From Camelus ferus (taxonomy: Eukaryota), in the NCBI RefSeq assembly GCF_009834535.1, contig NC_045696.1, positions 80,168,001 to 80,232,000 of the forward strand: a stretch of 64,000 bases of DNA. Reading direction: 5' to 3'. This document shows, in pieces, positions 61,385 to 64,000 of this stretch (positions are counted from its first letter, which is position 1; each line of letters begins with the position of its first letter). Position numbers and translations under genes: made by a program. Below the pieces are notes generated by a model, which worked only from the letters and a program-made list of their open reading frames with translations, was not told where the DNA came from and made no database searches.

Positions 61385-64000
61385 TTTTTTTATTGAAGTA
61401 TAGTTGATTTACAATATTGTGTTAGTTTCAGGTATACAGCAAAGTGATTCAGTTATTTATCTATATCTTTTTCTGATTCGTTTCCATTATAAATTATTAC
61501 AAGGTATTGAATATAGTTCCTTGTGCTATACAGTAAATCCTTGTTTATCTATTTTACATATAGTGGTGTATCTGTTAATCTCATACTCATAATTTATCTC
61601 TCTCTACCTCTTTCCCCTTTGGTAACCACAAGTTTGTTTTTTTTTTTTTCTATGTCTGTGAGTCTGTTTCTGTTTTGTATATTCATTTGTATTATTTTTT
61701 AGATTCCATGTATATGAGATATCATATAATATTTATCTTGCTTTCTGACATACTTCACTCAGTGTGATAATCTCTATGTCTATCCCTATTGCTGCAAATA
61801 GCAATATTTCATGTTTTTTTTAATGGCTGAAAAAAGTGTGTGTGTGTGTGTGTATATATATGTATGTATGTATGTGTGTGTGTGTATGTATATGTGTATA
61901 TATATATATCACATCTTTATCCGTTGATGGACACACTTAGGTTGCTTCTATGACTTGGCTGTTGTAAATAGAACTGCTATGAAAATTAAGGTGCATGTAT
62001 GTTTTCAAATTAGATTTTTCACCTTTTCCGGATATATGCCCAGGAGTGGGATTGCTGGATTATACTGGTAACTCTCTTTTTGGTTTTTTAAAGGAAGCTC
62101 CATGCTGTTTTCCATAGTGGCTGCACCAGTTTACATTGTCATCAACAGTGTAGGAAGATTCCCTTTTCTCCACACTCTTTCCAGCATTTATTATTCGTAG
62201 ACTTTTAATGATGGCCATTTTGAATGGTATGAGGTGATACCTCATTATAGTTTTGATTTGCATTTCTCTAATAATTAACAATGGTGAGTATCTTTTCATG
62301 TGCTTGTTGGCCATCTGTACGTCTTCTTTGGGGAAATGTCTGTTTAGGTTTTCTGCCAATTCTTTTGTTGGGTTATTTGGTTTTTGTTTTTTTTTAAGTT
62401 GTATGAGCTGTTTGTATATTTTGCAAATAAGGCCCCTGTCAGTCATTTGGTTTGCAAATATTTTCTTCCAGTCCATAGGTTTTTTTCTCATTTTGTCAAT
62501 GGTTTCCTTTGCTTTTCAAAAGCTTTTAAGTTTGACTAGGCCTCATTTGTTTATTTTGTGTATGATATGAGGGAGTATTCTAACTTCATTGATTTACATG
62601 CTGGCGGTCCAGCTTTCCACAACCACTTGCTGAAGAGACTTTCTTTTATCCATTGTATATTCTTGCCTCCTTTGTCGAAGATTAATTGACCATAGATGTG
62701 TGGGTTTATCTCTGGGCTGTCTGTTCTGTTCCATTGATCTAAACGTCTGTTTTTGTGCCAATATCATGCTGTTTTGATGACTGTAGCTTTGTAGTAATCT
62801 GGGAAATCTGGGAGGGTTATGCCACCAACATTGCTCTTTTCCCTCAAGATTACTTTGGCAATTCTGGGCCTTTTGTGGTTCCATATAAATTTTATGATTA
62901 TTTATTCTAGTCTGTGAAAAATGTCTCAGGTAATTTGATAGGGCTCACATTAAATCTATAGATTGCTTTGGGTAGTATGACCATTTTAACAATATTAATT
63001 CTTCCAGTCCAAAAGCATGGGACATCTTTTCATTTCTTTGAATCATTATCAATGTTTTATAGTTTTCAGCAATAGAAACTTCATCTCTTTGGTTAGGTTT
63101 GTTCCTAGGTTTTGGATTTTTTTTTTTTTTTTGATGTGTTTTAAACAGGATTTTTTTTTTAACTTTCTTTTTCTGATATTTCATTGTTAATATAAAGAAA
63201 TGCAACAGGTTTCTGTATATTAATCTTGTATCCTGTTACCTTACTGAATTCATTTATTAGTTCTAATAGTTTTTGTGTGAAGTATTTAGAATTTTCTGTA
63301 TAGAATATCACATCATCTGTGTATAATGACAATTTTACGTTTTCCCTTCCAATCTGACTACCTTTTATTTCTTTTTCTTCCTCTGATTACTGTGGCTAGG
63401 ACTTCCATTACTATGTTGAATAGAAGTGGTGAGTCTTGTCTTGTTCCAGAATTTAGTGGGAGGGCTTTCAGTTTTTCACCATTGAGTATTATATTGGCTG
63501 TGGGTTTGTCATAAATGACTTATATTATGTTGAGATATATTCCCTCTATACCCACTTTGGGGAGAGTTTTTATCATGAATGGATGTTGATTTTTATCAAA
63601 CTGTTTTTTCTGCATCTATTAAGATAATCATGTAGTTTTTGTCTTTTCTTTTGTTGATGTGGTAAATCACATTGATTTGCATGTATTGAACCATCTTTGC
63701 AACCCTGGAATGAATCCAACTTGATCATGATGTATGATCCTTTTTATGTGTTGTTGCATTCAGTTTGCTAATACTTTGTTGAGGATTTCTGCATCTGTGT
63801 TCATCAAAGTTATTGGCATGTAGTTTTTTCTTTTTGGTTTTTTCTTTGCCTAGTTTTGGTATCAGGATGATTGTGGCTTCATAGAATAAACTTGAGAGTA
63901 TTTCTTTCTCTTCAATCTTTGGAAGAGTTTGAGAAGGAGAGGTATAAGTTCTTCTTTGTATTATTGGTAGAATTCCCCAGTGAAGCTATCCAGTCTTAGA
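61385..64000 (-). mobile_element. L1 (3'UTR + degenerate ORF2 RT/C-terminal region), runs off the window end
   Basis: T-tail at 61385; ORF2-derived peptides ([22 protein letters not shown]...[10 protein letters not shown]...[13 protein letters not shown]); internal (TG)/(TA) microsatellite at ~61837-61908; frameshifted. Confidence 0.95.

Noticed and set aside
10210..64000. TNFSF10 coding exons or a processed pseudogene in the intergenic region
   Set aside because: No TRAIL-like N-terminal/transmembrane or TNF-domain peptide, and no other recognisable host protein, in the six-frame track or by eye

Overview
Mammalian genomic DNA, most likely camelid (camel/llama/alpaca). The lineage call rests on repeated ~90-150 bp tRNA-derived SINEs of the camelid vic-1 type, artiodactyl-type L1 3' ends and a Tigger2a_Art-like MITE. 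The only protein-coding gene is the 3' end of NCEH1 (AADACL1/KIAA1363) on the + strand: penultimate coding exon 4335-4506 (GDSAG nucleophile), last exon 6609-7226 (catalytic Asp and His, stop), and a ~3 kb 3'UTR to an AATAAA at 10187. The remaining ~54 kb is intergenic and rich in repeats (SINEs, L1, L2, MIR, MaLR/ERVL LTRs, an ERVL pol relic, hAT and Tigger MITEs). In the human gene order the next gene in this direction is TNFSF10 (TRAIL), whose coding sequence is not in the window. I found no evidence for a novel multi-gene system. The best leads are several GAS/IRF/NF-kB motif clusters (candidate interferon-responsive distal enhancers), a perfect 37-bp tandem duplication that doubles a STAT site, strong CTCF motifs just past NCEH1, a SINE carrying ~80 bp of extra sequence inside its TSDs, and an orphan L1 5'UTR head-to-head with an LTR. 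Repeat subfamily names are from recognition by eye and need RepeatMasker/Dfam confirmation.
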